Shown here piece after piece: positions 13,451 to 28,017 of a DNA stretch of 64,000 nt. The stretch is from contig NC_068998.1 of the NCBI RefSeq assembly GCF_001194135.2, forward strand, positions 20,236,997-20,300,996, in the 5' to 3' direction. Made by a program: the position numbers and the translations under genes. Positions within the stretch are counted from its first letter, which is position 1; every line of letters starts with the position of its first letter. The notes under the pieces are model-generated. The model saw nothing but the letters and a program-made list of their open reading frames with translations, was not told where the DNA came from and searched no databases. The DNA comes from Octopus bimaculoides. Taxonomy: Eukaryota.

Positions 13451-13782
13451 TTTGAAATCATTTGCACCTCAGAGCTGGCTGATCTTCTACCTCCCGACTC
13501 AGGCATCTTTTCTGACACATTCGTCTCTTCTTCTTTCGTCATCCTCGGAACACCCAACCACCCTTTCCTTCTACTAACCGTTATACTCAATCTTTAATAC
13601 TCAGAACATCGACCCTCTGGAATGCCCATATATCTTAGAACACAAGGTGTATAAAGGCGCCAATCAGATTTCTTAATCCAAGCTTATGCTGAAACATCTG
13701 CGTGCTCATACATACATACATACATACATACATACATACATACATACATACATACATACGTACGTACGTACATACATACACA

Positions 13783-13878
<96 letters not shown>

Positions 13879-16800
13879 ATTTTTCCAGAGGAAAATTTAA
13901 AAGTTCAAAAACCTTATAATATATATATATATATTTGTATATACGTTCGAAGTAGCAAACAATATTCCATACGTGAATTAGGGTTTTAATGTTTAATATT
14001 TCTTTCCTTTTTGGGGAAAGCCAAAGACCTCTTTACGCTGTTAATTCAAGTTTCTTGTTCCCATTCATTAATGAACATTTTGACTTCTAATAATAACAGA
14101 TTGGCAATCCTTTTACCCGAGATGTTTTTGCCTAGAAATGATTCTGGTATCGATTGTTCTGATTGCAGAATAATTGTATGTTTGCATCTGTAACACGGGT
14201 CAGCTTAAGCATGGCAGCCACTAACTTTTGTTATTCATTTTCAATATAGTACTGAACCGTTTTGTTAGAAAATATATATTACACCTTTTGAGTGAATAAA
14301 GAGAGAATTTTTGCGTGGGAAATCAGTCACGTGGTGCGTTAGGATTGGTCTGGGAGTGATAAAGCAGGTGTCTTAAAATAACAATGGTTGGTATTGATGC
14401 ACTCCTAGACATAAATTAACATAGATTCAGCTATCCACTTCCTCACTTCCTCGAAATAGCACAAGTGACCCATCATCATCATTGTCATCATGTTCTACTG
14501 CTACTACCCTTACCACAACGAGATCAGCATTGGAAGGCACTCTTCAATACCTGGACAATTGATGACCTATTAAACAAAATAGTCTCTAGCTTTTCTCCTA
14601 GTCAGGTCTCTCAAATTTTTCTTAGAATAACACTAGAGATCCATCCTCACCATTGTCATCCTGTTCTACTGCTACTACCATTACCACTACTGCTACTCCA
14701 GTTAGTGAAGACCCACTCTTTCCTTTCTCCCACCCACTGTCCACTTCAATCCGAATGTATACCTGACAGCTCCATGGTAAAGCTTCCAACTGTAAATAAA
14801 GTAGAATTATGAACACACGAAACGCGAAAATATGCTGCTATTCTCAACGCGAAAGAATATGCATATGCAATGACCGCAACTTCACCCATTTATCTGGGAC
14901 AATATGCACAATTCGTACAACCAATGCCAAACCACACGTCTTACAATACTACCACCACCACTACTAAATGTTAAATCACACTTAATAACTTTTACACATA
15001 TATGCCGAAATCCTAAAATCTGTTGCTATTCCTAACACGAAATATTATGTCTGATATCTTTCATGAACTCTATGCACTCTATGTTAAAGCATGATACTAA
15101 ATCACCACCAAATCCACAGTAGAAACATGCCTTACAGTGGCAGTGTTTGTCAGGTGTTGCTGAAGCTGCCTATCAAAGATGTCTATCAGTGGTTCATCAC
15201 TGAGCTGGTAGATATGTATTAGAAAGAGAGATGAACAAGTAAAACATGTGGCATCACTTTAGAGTAGTGTCTACCAAACGTTTTTACCTTACGACACAAT
15301 GGGCGAGGAGAATTTATCTTGCGGCACACCAAATAAAAATCCCAGCAAAATTTAATATACTTTATTAGTGTGAATAAAATAAATTCTTATAGTAACAATA
15401 AAATAACATAGTTTTATGAACATATAATATATATATATATATATAATACAATAATAATGTTTTGGGTGAGATGGATACAACTGACTTTGAGAAAGAATTT
15501 TGTCAAAACACGGTTCTAAATTAGATAAGCAAATACGTAACTTCTCATCTACCATCTATAAACGTTCTCATTTTTTTGACTACATTTTCATAAGCGCAGA
15601 GATACCTAATTCGCAAAGATATGATGTTCCAAAGGGCAACAGAGATTTAACGGCTATTGTAGCTAATCGAGGATATTTGCTCCAAAGCAAAATCCAAAAT
15701 TCTGACAATTCTAATAACGTGGCTGGAACTGCATGATTGGAACGTACAAAAAAATAAAAGAAAGGTGTGTGCGCGCGCGTGCGTGTGTGTGTATGTGTAT
15801 GTGTGCGTGTTTGTGTGAGCGCGTGTGTGTTTTCTCCTCCTCTTTTTAATTTAGAGTAAATTTTGACCGGCCATCTATTTGGTAGGAAGGTTATGAAGGA
15901 AAATATCTTGTTTTAATTGTCATTTTTAAGTCTTGTAGATTTTAATCCCAGATATCGTGATCATTTGTAACGTATAAATTAAGGACTTGCATTCTCTCCT
16001 CAAGATTCCAAGATCAGCCATACTTTGCTCTGGTCAGATATGTATGTATGTATGCATGTATGTATGTACGTATATATAAATACATATACACATGTATTTG
16101 TTTCCGAAGCATATAAGTTACGGAAAAAGCAACCTGCTTCTTATGTTAGAAATTATTACACACTATGTATCATAAATTCACTTTATTCAAAGATCTTTAC
16201 ATTTACCATTCTTTGCTATTCAATCATGTCTTTAATATTCAGCTATGTCTTGTAGAAAACCGCATAAATAAAGACTTAAATACAGTCACACATGTACGCG
16301 CTCGCATGCAAACAGAAAAGACATGAACAAAAATATTAAAATCACTTTAACTAATACAAAATACATTTGTACATATTTGTTAGAATTGTACCGAAGACAT
16401 CCTTTTTTAAAAGAAAATATAAACTTTTTTTAATTCACTATGCCAACATTTCTCCAGCTTTCCAAATNNNNNNNNNNNNNNNNNNNNNNNNNNNNNNNNN
16501 NNNNNNNNNNNNNNNNNNNNNNNNNNNNNNNNNNNNNNNNNNNNNNNNNNNNNNNNNNNNNNNNNNNAAATATAAACTTTTTTTAATTCACTATGCCAAC
16601 ATTTCTCCAGCTTTCCAAATAACTTCACTCAAATATTTTAACAAAACCCAACACAAACATACAAACATACAACACGCACACATGCAAACACATAAAGACA
16701 CTCAATAACACATATACAAACACAACTGAACATTCAACACGTGATCAGGTATTCATACAATATAACTGAAATACAGACACACCTTTATATCAAATACATT

Positions 16801-17214
16801 CCTTGATTAGAAGAAATCTCACCTATACGTTCCTACTGCATACGGGACTGTTCTCTAACCTTACTTCACCTATAATTTTAATTCGCTAGCGTTTTACTTT
16901 ATATACCAGATTCTATTATCGATATTATAATAAAGAAAGCTGCTTATTAATTAGTTGGTAGTGAGTAACTTTTACAAAAAGAAAACAATTATTAAAATGT
17001 ACACTGTCTAGAAGATTCTCATAAATTCCAATATTAATATATTTTTGGCAAAATGTTATTTTCAATCATGTTTTTTATTGAAGGTTTCATCTACAGAAAA
17101 CTAATCTTAATCTTTAATTCACTGTGAGATAATATCCCCCCCTCTCTCTCTCTCTCTTTCTCTTTTTCTTTCTCTCTCTTTCTCTTTTTCTTTCTCTCTC
17201 TCTTTCTCTCTATC

Positions 17215-17318
<104 letters not shown>

Positions 17319-18024
17319 GCACACACACGCACTTACAACTATAACATGAAATCTATTTCATATTTCCGATAGTTAATTCCATTTCTGAGATCACTGTTCA
17401 TGTCATCGTAGTTCATATGATGAACAGGAATGAGATAAAAAGCCAGTTTCCATCTCAGTACAACAGTAATTATGTGTTTTTATAGAGATTATTAACATTA
17501 AGACTCACAAATATACGTATATCTATATATATCGACAGAGAAATAATGCTGAGGAAATAGCAAGTAATACAATTACTTGTGTTCGAACCCTCAGTAAGTT
17601 TTTCAATATGAATTTTCTCCAATACATAGTAGGTCTGTAAGCTAGTTCATTGTGACACAAAGTTCGAAATCTGATACTTGTATATACTTGTATATACGAT
17701 AAGCAGAAGACTTTTTCGCGGTTAAGTTAAGGCAATACATAATACCTGATTTCTTCTTAAATTCTAACACTGTCTTTGAGTGCATGTTATCATTCAAAAT
17801 TTATTTATTTGAGCGAGCGAGTGCTATTAGACGAATAAAAAATACAACGGGAAATTAGACGTAACTTATCAGAAAAATTACACAAATTGGAAATCAAATA
17901 TATAAATATCATTTAGCGAGTACCAGAAAACCGCTTGGGTTTTTATGATAGTATATATAAAGAATTTTAATAACAATTGTAATTCACTACTATCTTAATT
18001 AGCAAGAAAACTTTTTTACAACTT

Positions 18025-18230
18025 GTTGAACAAATTGTCAGCAAAAATTTAAAGTCACGTTTAGCGGCATTTCTACTGACTTTACTTCTGAGTTCAAATG
18101 CCCCCGAGGTCGACTTTGCCGTTCATCCTTTCGGCATCGATAAAATAAATACTAGTTGAACACTGGGGACGATGTAATTGGCTTACCTCCCGAAATTGCT
18201 AGCCTTATGCCAAATTTTTGAAACTAATGT
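18025..18230 (+). mobile_element. SINE family B, decayed
   Basis: ttagcggcatttc..gagttcaaatgccccgaggtcgactttgcc..gccttatgccaaattttgaaac. Confidence 0.75.
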
Positions 18231-18460
18231 CTAATACAAAACGAATTTTGTATTAAAATTTGATAATTTTGTTAATGAATTACCCCATCAGTATGTGTGT
18301 GTATGCGTGTGTGCACGCGCACATATGTGTGTGCTGTGTAATTCGATGTCATTCAGTATTGAGCAAATAAATGACAAATCTATGGAAACGTTCGTAATGT
18401 GATGTGAGCAATATTTCTATTGATATTTTTTATTATATGTCTGTGTATGTGCGTGTGCGC

Positions 18461-18502
<42 letters not shown>

Positions 18503-18582
18503 ATACATATTTATACATATGTATGTATACGCAAACATATATGTATATATGCATTCATGCACGTATGCATATATGTTTGTAT

Positions 18583-18894
18583 AAGAAATCATGATAAGCA
18601 TGAACTTATATCGTTTCTTCCCTACATACGTTTCACCATTGTTGATATTTACATCATCCCCATTAGACGTTCCAAGTGCAATTTGATGCTGAACCACAAC
18701 AGATCATCAGGGAAACATTTTTCTTCATTATGTTATACAGGTCAAAACAATGCATAAAATATCCCCCTGATGGCCTGTTGCAGTTCAGCTTCCAATTGCA
18801 CTCGGAACATCCAATGCAGGAATTGAAAATAACCACAATGGGGAAACGTGCGTAGAGAACAAGAGATGTAAACTCGTGTTTATCATACTTTCTT
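18583..18894. repeat. Ungapped 139-bp diverged inverted repeat (104/139 identical); each arm is a hammerhead unit
   Basis: Manual alignment of 18583-18721 against the reverse complement of 18756-18894. Confidence 0.9.
18618..18715 (-). ncRNA. Type I hammerhead ribozyme motif with long stem II
   Basis: UUUCC-CUGAUGA-U-CUGUUGU..ACAAUGG-U-GAAA-C-guau-GU-A-GGGAA; core intact. Confidence 0.7.
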
Positions 18895-19371
18895 CTATAT
18901 TTGCTCTGTATATCATATCTAGTAGTACTACAAAATACTGTAGTAACGACTCCACTATACTGGAAATAGATTGGACGATGATAATTTACGTGTGGCTCTG
19001 AGCTCATCAGTAGCAGTCGTACACATAATTACAAACTTAAGATTTATTATACAAACATACATTCATACATATATGTTTGCATGTGTGTATGTATGTATGT
19101 ATGTATGTATGTATGTATGTTATAATACGTATATATGCATATAATATATATGTTTATATATACATATATGTATATAAGTGTATTTGTCTGTATATGCCTA
19201 TATATATAAATGTGTGTGTGTATAGATGCATTTGTCTATATATGCCTATATATATGCATATGTATAAGTATCTATATCAATATAAATATGAATATTTTTA
19301 AATACACATTATATATCTATATGCATACACACATATATCGGGTGTGTGTGTGTGTGTGTATATATATATAC

Positions 19372-19418
<47 letters not shown>

Positions 19419-20843
19419 TGTGTGTCTGTGTGGGTGTGTAGGTAGGTAGGTAGGTAGGTAGGTAGGTAGGTAGGTAGGTAGGTAGGTGTGCGTCATACGG
19501 GCTGGTAAATATGAGCGTTGAAATTATAAGTTTTTATACAAAAATCTTAAATTTGAATGTAAGCCAACGGGCATATCTATCGATTGAAAAATATAATATA
19601 AGTCACAATAATTAGAGGAAAAAATAATATAAGTTACTAAAAATATGAGTAGAAAAGTTAAGGTAGTGTTCTCCTCAGACCGACTCCCTAGTCATAATGT
19701 TATTGTTCTAAGACTCCAGCTTCTCAATAGCTTCTCAAATGCTGCCAGTTTAGAATAAAAGTATGCTGCACCGCTCATTGTAATTCCCAGTCGTTTTAGA
19801 CAATTCTGTTTCCAGCTAACAATACAATTTCAATTTTTTTCAGCATTTAATTTCATGTTGCTATAATCCGCAACGCCAGATGATACCAGCATTGATGCCG
19901 TTGTTGTTGTTCTTCTTCTTCTTGTTTCTCCAGTTGTTCTTGCTGTTGGTGGTGGTGCTGGTGGTGGTAACTGGTTAGTTAACCAAACTGACTAGTTAAA
20001 CATTATCATTTCGATTATCTCTTTCATAACCGGTTTATGTTTTCAAAAACAAAAAAACTATTTGGTTGACTGTTCTTCAAAACGCAGTTATTTCCGTTTG
20101 CATTAAATCGGTCATATTGATAAAATGTAAAAGATCAAACTTTTCTCTTTGTTTGTGTCTATCGATTCGATGTATGAAATACATTTTCTAAACCATTTCC
20201 ATAGAGTTTCTCTGTTTCCGTAAATGATGCTTTTTTTAATTTTTAATACTCCATGTATGAAACGAATTTTTTAAATCATTTATTTAACTTTTAGGCTTTT
20301 AAAATCGTTATTTTGTTGTTGTTGTTATTATTATTAATAATTAGTAAAAAAAATTAGCCTTCCTTCCTTCTTTTTTAAATAAATATTTTCGTTTCATCGA
20401 AACTCGACAAACCTGACATTGCCTGGGAAAAAAAGGCTTATATTAGTGGCTAGTTTATTTTATGAGATTGTGTATCATTAAAAAATTAATCATCATGCAT
20501 GAATCAACGTTCTTTATTAACTATTTACTTTGCTTTTAGACTTTCAAAAATCGTTATTGTATGTGTTCTTTTTTTTATAATTAACAATAAAATATAAATT
20601 TATCGCTTTTTTTAATAAATATTTTAGTTCAATGAAAAAGCTAGGATACCCGGTGTTGTTCGGGAAATATCAGATTCAGTTAGTGAGCAAGTTTTTTTGT
20701 TATGATATACAAGTGATATTAAAATTTTACGTTGCATTTCAATAAACAACCATAAAAGGGAAGTAACACACATATATATATACACCATATATATATATCA
20801 GCATACATAGAATATGGTGATGCACATGTAGACAAACGCGCAT

Positions 20844-20974
<131 letters not shown>

Positions 20975-22439
20975 AATATATGTATGTATTTGTATAAATA
21001 TGTATGTATGTTTGTTTTATGTATATATACGCTCACACACTGCGTGTGTGTCTGAGAGAGGGAGCGAGGGAGTAAGAGAGCGTGTAAGTGAATGAGTGAG
21101 AGGGAGATAGAATTGGCGGGGTGGTGTTTTAGGCTTTTTAGATCCTTATTTTATTACTACTATTAATAATTAATAGCCAAAATATTATCGTTTATTTTCC
21201 TTTTTCGTTTTATCAAAAAATTCTAAAATATCAAAAGGGAAACATAATGCACATCAAAATTTTATTTTTTATATTTTTACGTTTCAAAAATTCTACCAGG
21301 GTTTTTTTTTTTTTTCTTAAAACCATAACCATTTGATAATACCAGCTAGAAGTTATATTTTCCATTTGCAGTTTATTCATTTATTCCAACTGTTTAACAG
21401 TGGTAGGACATCTGGGGATTTGTAAAAATATTTTCATTACTCCAATATGTTTAAAAGCGTGTTTTTAATAGCTTGTGTAATAATCGATATTACTATATTG
21501 ATCATAAAGGGTGATGGATTGGTTGTGTCGTTAGATCATCGGATAAAATGCCCTACAGAATGTACTCCGGATCTTTTGATACTGTGTTCAAGTGCCGCCG
21601 ATACAAACCCTACTTTCATCCTTCCAAAATAGACAAAATAAACAAAACGATTTAGTAGATAGATATAATCAACCACTCAAAAGTTTCTGACCTTGTGTTT
21701 ATGCAATAACCGTTATATTGATGATAAAGAGCAATGGGCGGTACAATCGGCAACGCTTCTTGTGGAATGTTTGTAGAACGTCTTTACATTCCTAATTCAA
21801 AGTCTGCCGGAGAATTTTGTTTTAATTAGTCAGGACTTAATTTATTTACGATACTAAAACTGTTATGATCTTTCTTTCTTGGCTCGATTGCCGTCCGCGA
21901 AGCATCTCTTATATTCCTGTCTCTTGACTTTCATCTCTTATGTTCATCTCCTATGTTCCTGCATCAAGGCTTTCACTCTACACACGCCAGCTCAACTTGA
22001 TTCGTCTTTATTGGTCGAAAGATATTTGTTATTTTCTTGTTGTTTGTATTTGTAATTGTGTAACATGTTTTCCGTTTTTTTTTTGTCTTATTTGTTTTTG
22101 TTGTCGTACATATTCGCTTGCCTTCTCCTAAAACATTTAATGCTCTTAGCTTAGATCTTTGGGGACAGCCAGATTTGAAAAGTCTCAAGTGTAACTGCCC
22201 GAAACTGTAAGAATAATTTGGTAGTTTGACTGATGAGAGGAGGTTGCAAATGACCCGCCCGTGTCTTTTCCTCTCCGTCTTTTTATTGTTTTTCCTCTCC
22301 GTCTTCGCATTGTCTATCTGTCTGGATGTTTTATTGTCGTCTGTTGCGTTCTTGTTCCATTATTTGGGGATTTGTATATACATATAGCGATGTACGTACA
22401 CCTTTGCTCACCTTGTAAGTAAGTATATATATACTTTTT

Positions 22440-22605
22440 TAATATTCTCTCTGTTTATTTTCTCTTATTCCTTTCTGTTGAAGAATGTAGTCTCGAAACG
22501 TAAAAGACTTTCTCACTTTACCGAGCGTCAAACTAATACACCTGCTTGTTGTTCATATACCTGTCTTCGTCGTTTGTTTTTCTATAATTTCAACTATATA
22601 TATAT
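22440..22605 (+). mobile_element. Penelope-like 3'-terminal fragment with minimal hammerhead-like motif
   Basis: ttgaaga..ctcgaaacgtaaaagac; homologous to the reverse complement of 47823-47990; ends at (TA)n. Confidence 0.5.
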
Positions 22606-22864
22606 ATATATAATCAAAATAAGCAACAGGGTATCAAGTAGTGATGCAGTACAACCGTTTCAAGTGACTTCATTTAATTGAATAATGCAAACATTACATC
22701 AATTTTAAAGCAGTGCCATCTTCGAGCTGTGCGGGTAATACCGGACTGACTTGGTGCTTCAACTTAAATACCTAATTCAACTGAANNNNNNNNNNCACAC
22801 GACGGGCTTTTTTCAGTTTCAGTCTACCAAATCTACTCACAAGTAGCTCTTGTATTTCAAAGGG

Positions 22865-23028
22865 CTAGCCTTGTCACATTTTGTGTCACGCAGAATCTCC
22901 CTGTGAACTAAGTTAAGGTACACGTGTCTGTAGAGTGCTCGGCCACGTGCACGTTAATTTCATGAGCAGGGTGTTCTGTTGATCGGATCAACTGGAATCC
23001 TCGTCGTCGTAAGCGACGGGGTGCCAGT
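22865..23028 (+). mobile_element. SINE family A, 3' fragment
   Basis: Reverse complement of the 3' part of family A. Confidence 0.75.
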
Positions 23029-24089
23029 GAATGAATGCTTCTTTCTACAGACCACTGATTACACAGGATTATTACCGTTAAAAAATTTTTAATTTTATCA
23101 AACATGGCAATCCTCCCAGTTCCACCTTAGTCAACTCAAAATATTCTATCTTTTCTGTGTTTAAACTGACCAAATCCGATCTTACACACCAACCCAATAA
23201 TATCATAATATCATTTTAAAAATAAACAATTACGTCATCAAAATATTCTGGCTTTGAAATAATGCAAAATTAATTCAAACAATGTGAATAAGTAAGCATT
23301 ACACTTGACAGAGTAATTTGAATGATAAAGGATTAAACAATGTGATTTTCTTTGTTTATTTATTTATTTGTTTATTTATTTTAAGACTGAAGTATTTACA
23401 TCTACACACTTGATAATCTATTACTAACTAGGGCCGCAGAGTACCTGATTAATGGAACAGCACTGTATACTGATTGCCGTTGTTATTTAGCCAGATAGAT
23501 CCTGATCTGGGAAAGCAGACCTATTCAAAGGCTTTCCAGCCATAACTATCCCGTCTTTGTTGATAGGGCATGCCAGACTACATCATCTAAAATTACCTTT
23601 ATATGTTAAAAGATGGAGGGAATTAATTTGAGAGAGATTTGATTGTTATTTCTAAGAGATCGGGTGATCACATCGTGGCTCCTTTATTCACGATCCTCAT
23701 ATTGTTGATCAGGCTAATCGATTAATAGAATGGGTGGAGTGACAGAAGCATTTAATTTCGTCTTCTCTCTGAATTCTGAGTTCAAATCACACTAAGCCCG
23801 ATTTTGCTTTTCACTCTTTTCGTGAGAGGACGGCCAATAATATAAGTAACACACTGAGTTGCAATAGATCCTTCCTGTACCCTAATCCAGTCCACTACTA
23901 CCCACGAATGATATATTACTTATTGACTCCGAAGAATGAAAAGGTAAAGTTAACTTCTGTGGGATTTGAACTCAGTGCTCCAATAGCCGAAACAAATACC
24001 CACAAAACATTTTATCCAATGTTCTAATGACGCTCTCTCTCTCTCTTCACCTTCTTGATAATTACTTTTAATTTAAGTTGAACCAGTAT

Positions 24090-24825
24090 TTGACTGGTAC
24101 TTTAATTTAGTGACACTCGAAAAGAAAAAAGATGAATTCGACATCGATTGAATTTGAACTCAGAAATTAAAGAGCCTGGACATATATGCGAAGCAGTTTT
24201 ACCGACACCCACAATTCTCCCAATTCCCTGCCCTATCGGCGCATTAATAATCCTATCTACTATAGGCACAAGGCCTGAAATTTTCAGGGAGGGCACTAGT
24301 AGGTTGTGTATTACCCTAATGCACAACTGGTACTTATTTCATCGACCCCGGAAAAGATGAGAGACATAGTCGACCGACCTCGGTAGAATTTGAACCTGCA
24401 ATAATAATCTTTTCTAGGTCTGAAATCTTGGGAGAGGGGCTAGTCGATTACATACTGGTATGTAACTGGTACTTATTTCGCCGACCCCGAAAGGATGAAA
24501 GGCGAAATCGACCTCGGCGGAATTTGAGTTCAGAACGCAAAGACGGACGAAATGCCGCAAAGTATTTTGTCCGGCGTATTAACGATTCTACCAGCTCGCC
24601 GCCTTATGGGCGCACTAATAATGGTTTCTGATGTAGGTACAAGGTCAAAAGAAATTGCGGCCAAGTGTTTCATCGATACCATTGACCACAATACTTGACT
24701 GGTATTTTATTTCATCGACTTCGAAAGGAAGAAGTTGACTCCGGCGTGATTTGAACACAGAACCAAAAGACCCGAGACGAATATAACAAAACTTTTTGGC
24801 TGAAGCTCTAAGGATTCTACCATCT
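24090..24825 (-). mobile_element. Stack of about four SINE family B copies
   Basis: Repeated actggtacttatttcatcgaccccgaaaggatgaaaggc..aatttga.ctcagaac blocks. Confidence 0.75.
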
Positions 24826-25119
24826 CGTTGCCCATGCAAAACCCTTACTATTGATACATAAAATTCACACAATAATGACACGAAAATTTAAAACGTTCTT
24901 TTTTATCTTAGAAGTTGCATAAACGTTTTATAATTTGTAGTATTGAATAAACAGAGCGGCATTAATGTAATACTTTTCCAGATGTTCTAATCTTTTTGAA
25001 AATCCATAAGCGAAAACATAAAATAACCTTTATCTTTTGTTGATTTGCTTTAGAATATAAAGTTAACTGGTTCAAAAATTAGTGATTGTAACCAACAATG
25101 ATGTCAGGCACTTCAGCTA

Positions 25120-25193
<74 letters not shown>

Positions 25194-25385
25194 ACAGAAG
25201 CATATAACGTCCACATGTTACACGCACGCACATGTATGTGCGCGTACATAGATGAATATATATATATATAACGTTATATACCTCATTGATATGGGAATGT
25301 TAAGCTCTCGATGGTGCTCGATATATTGAGATAGAGCTAACTAAAATGTGTTTTGAGTCAGAGACAATATTTCTCTCTTTCTCTC

Positions 25386-25421
<36 letters not shown>

Positions 25422-25489
25422 CATACATACATACATACATACATACATACAAGCATGCATACGTAGGTACATGCATACATGCATAAACG

Positions 25490-25531
<42 letters not shown>

Positions 25532-25917
25532 AACATACACGTGCTTCTTTCCAAAACGATTAATTTCCTAGCAACATCCATAAAATTATTATGCTTGATA
25601 GAATAGAATAAAATCGGATAATCAAAGACGTGAACTTGAGCAGATGAATGCAAACGTTTCAAAGTAAATCGATACCATGTAAGGAAACGGTAAATATTCG
25701 GTCTATAATTTACCATGCACGTTAAAACACCGTAAGGAGTATTTGATTGCTTCCTTGGCAAAATCACATTCTTTGGCCGTTCCAGTCCAACCGAGTTGTT
25801 ATGGAATTGAATTGTAAGCTTCTACCTTTTTAGATGGTGCACCAACGTCCGTTTTAACAAAAATATTCCATTCCATTTGGCAAAATGTAACACACACACA
25901 TATATCGTGCATAGTTG

Positions 25918-26150
25918 AGGCGCGGAGCTTAGTGGTTAGGGTGTTACATTCATAGTCGTAAGATTGTGGTTTCAATTCCAGGACCGTGCAATATGTTCCT
26001 GGGCAAAAAAATTCATTTCGCGTTACTTCTGTCCACTCAGCTGCCTAAAATGAGTAATCCTGCAACTGGTCCGGCGTCCCGTCCAGTGGGTAATATATAA
26101 GCGACTGAAACCGGGAAACCGGCCTTATGAATGTATGGCTCGGGAAGGGC
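25918..26150 (+). mobile_element. tRNA-derived SINE with a conserved central domain (..gtccactcagctg..aaatgagta); related copies at 49065-49315
   Basis: gaggcgc.g.gcttagtggttagggtg..gtaagattgtggtttcaattcc has A and B boxes. Confidence 0.7.
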
Positions 26151-26199
26151 CGCTGGGAAGAACCGAGTCAAGATTGGCAGGCTCGACAATTATACATAG

Positions 26200-26510
26200 T
26201 CAAAATGAGAAAAATGACTCGGTTCTTCTCTGGCTGGACTCCGCCATCATTAACTGTGAGTTTTTCACAGCGAAACCAACTCTTTCGTTGTCAGAAAAAA
26301 AGTTTGGTCTCTTTCGTAGAATTCCTGATTCTGCAAAACGTGTCCCTTGTTGTGTTGCGATGTTCACTTGATGTGTTAATAATTTGCTGTTAATCACAGC
26401 TATCTTTCATATGTCACTGAACTTCAAGAGGTTATCTAAAAGATCCGAACATTCCAATATCATAACCTAAGTAGGGGCTTCTTCTTTTGACTTATTGTTA
26501 TGCGTGAGGA
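26200..26510 (-). mobile_element. Decayed RTE-like LINE, AP-endonuclease N-terminus
   Basis: Minus-strand YWNVR..., then L..HQVNIAT..TRFAESG.L..VGFAVKN resembles the APE start WNVRTL..DIAAL.ETR..GVGFAIK; contains stops. Confidence 0.6.
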
Positions 26511-28017
26511 ACTATTTACAATCCACGACTCAGAATACTTAAATCCCTAATCCCCATGAACCCACTGAAGCAAGCGGATTGTGGCACGACAGTTCTTTAT
26601 TATCTGGGATTTGTTTGAGACGGACAATAACTTTCTAGTGACACTCGATGGGCTCTCCCTCCGTCGAAAGCTGCTCTTGGTACCTAACGCCACATCAATT
26701 TAAGCGCAGGCTTATAACCAGTAAACTGTTGCTTTCTGTTTTGTGCCATTACAGTGAAGTAATGTCGGAGCCTCCTTGCCAGGACACATGCGTAGGCAAG
26801 ACTTGTGTGGGAGACCAGTTGTTACTTATGCATGTCTTCACTCTCCAAACCACAAACGAAGAGCAAGGGCTAGTAGAGCTTGACACCAGTGTTGTCATAG
26901 AAGTTGCCAGAACAATGTTGAAAGCAACTTCAGATTGTGTTAGGGATTTTACCAACGGATTTTTTTTTTTCAGTGTCTGCTCCCGAAGATTTTCTCGTGG
27001 GTAGGTATTGCCGGAAGGCAGCGGAGGTTTGAAGTCAGAATATGCATTTGCCCTCTTAGCTGAAATACTTTCCAAGGCTGACGAATTGCAGTCGAAAAAT
27101 TGGTTTTAAGGTGCCAGCATCCGCCTTCACCCTTTCATACCACGGTTTTACGACAATCTCCAGCAAATGGGACAAAGTGATGTAGAGGAGATTTTTTTGT
27201 TGTAGTTATCGAAGTAAACTACAATTATTTCGTCTTTGCTTTTTAAAAACTACAAAGTAAGTCCAATCGCAAGATAACCTTTTCCCCACAAGAGGAAATA
27301 ATCTCGGTATTGCAAAGCTAATGAATCACTCATCTGATGAACAGAACTGTTACTTGTTCTTTACTAAACTATAGTATCTGCTTATAGAAGGGCGGACTGG
27401 GATATACGAGCTAATTGTGCTAAGTCACGGACACCACACAATGACTAGAAATATGGAAGCCCTGTGTGTCTATGCTCTCATCCATCTGCTGATGGGTATA
27501 CCAGTACGTTATTAGCTTAGCATAGGATGGAATATGATACTTCATCATCCATCATATCAGACAGCGTTGGAAAGTTTATATATTCGTTTCACTTGCAACA
27601 CATAGGAGTCAAAAATTCACCCAGCAATCTTACATAAGGAATACATTGCACAACATAGTCCCTGACAAAAAAAAACAGGATGGTCACAGCTGTAGCGCTT
27701 TTGATCATAGGTCAGCTCGATCAGGATTGACCAAGGGCTTGTAACAACAACAATAACATTTAGCATTATGATGGATTTAGAAACTTAATTGTTTTAAGTG
27801 AACTACAAACGACTCCTATGAAAATGGGCCAGGGAATTTAAAATGACGTTAAAACTAGAACGTAGCAATGTTTTCAATACATATGTAGAAGAATATATAT
27901 TATACATATAAGAGTGTGTATGTATATATATACATATATATATAAAATATATAGTTTTAGGGAAAATAACCAATTTTCAAGAACTCATCGATGAAAATCC
28001 ACTATCACATATAGAAA

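Noticed and set aside
16415-16620. 53-bp direct repeat flanking a 100-N gap
   Set aside because: Identical sequence on both sides of a gap is typical of contig overlap.
18777-19001. Plus-strand frame with a hydrophobic stretch (KRCKLVFIILSSIFALYIISSS) as a possible APN signal-anchor exon
   Set aside because: In-frame TGA just upstream, no usable ATG or acceptor in that frame, and the region is better explained as the hammerhead inverted repeat.
27330-27360. CTGATGA followed by a small hairpin
   Set aside because: No downstream GAAA or stem III; chance match.
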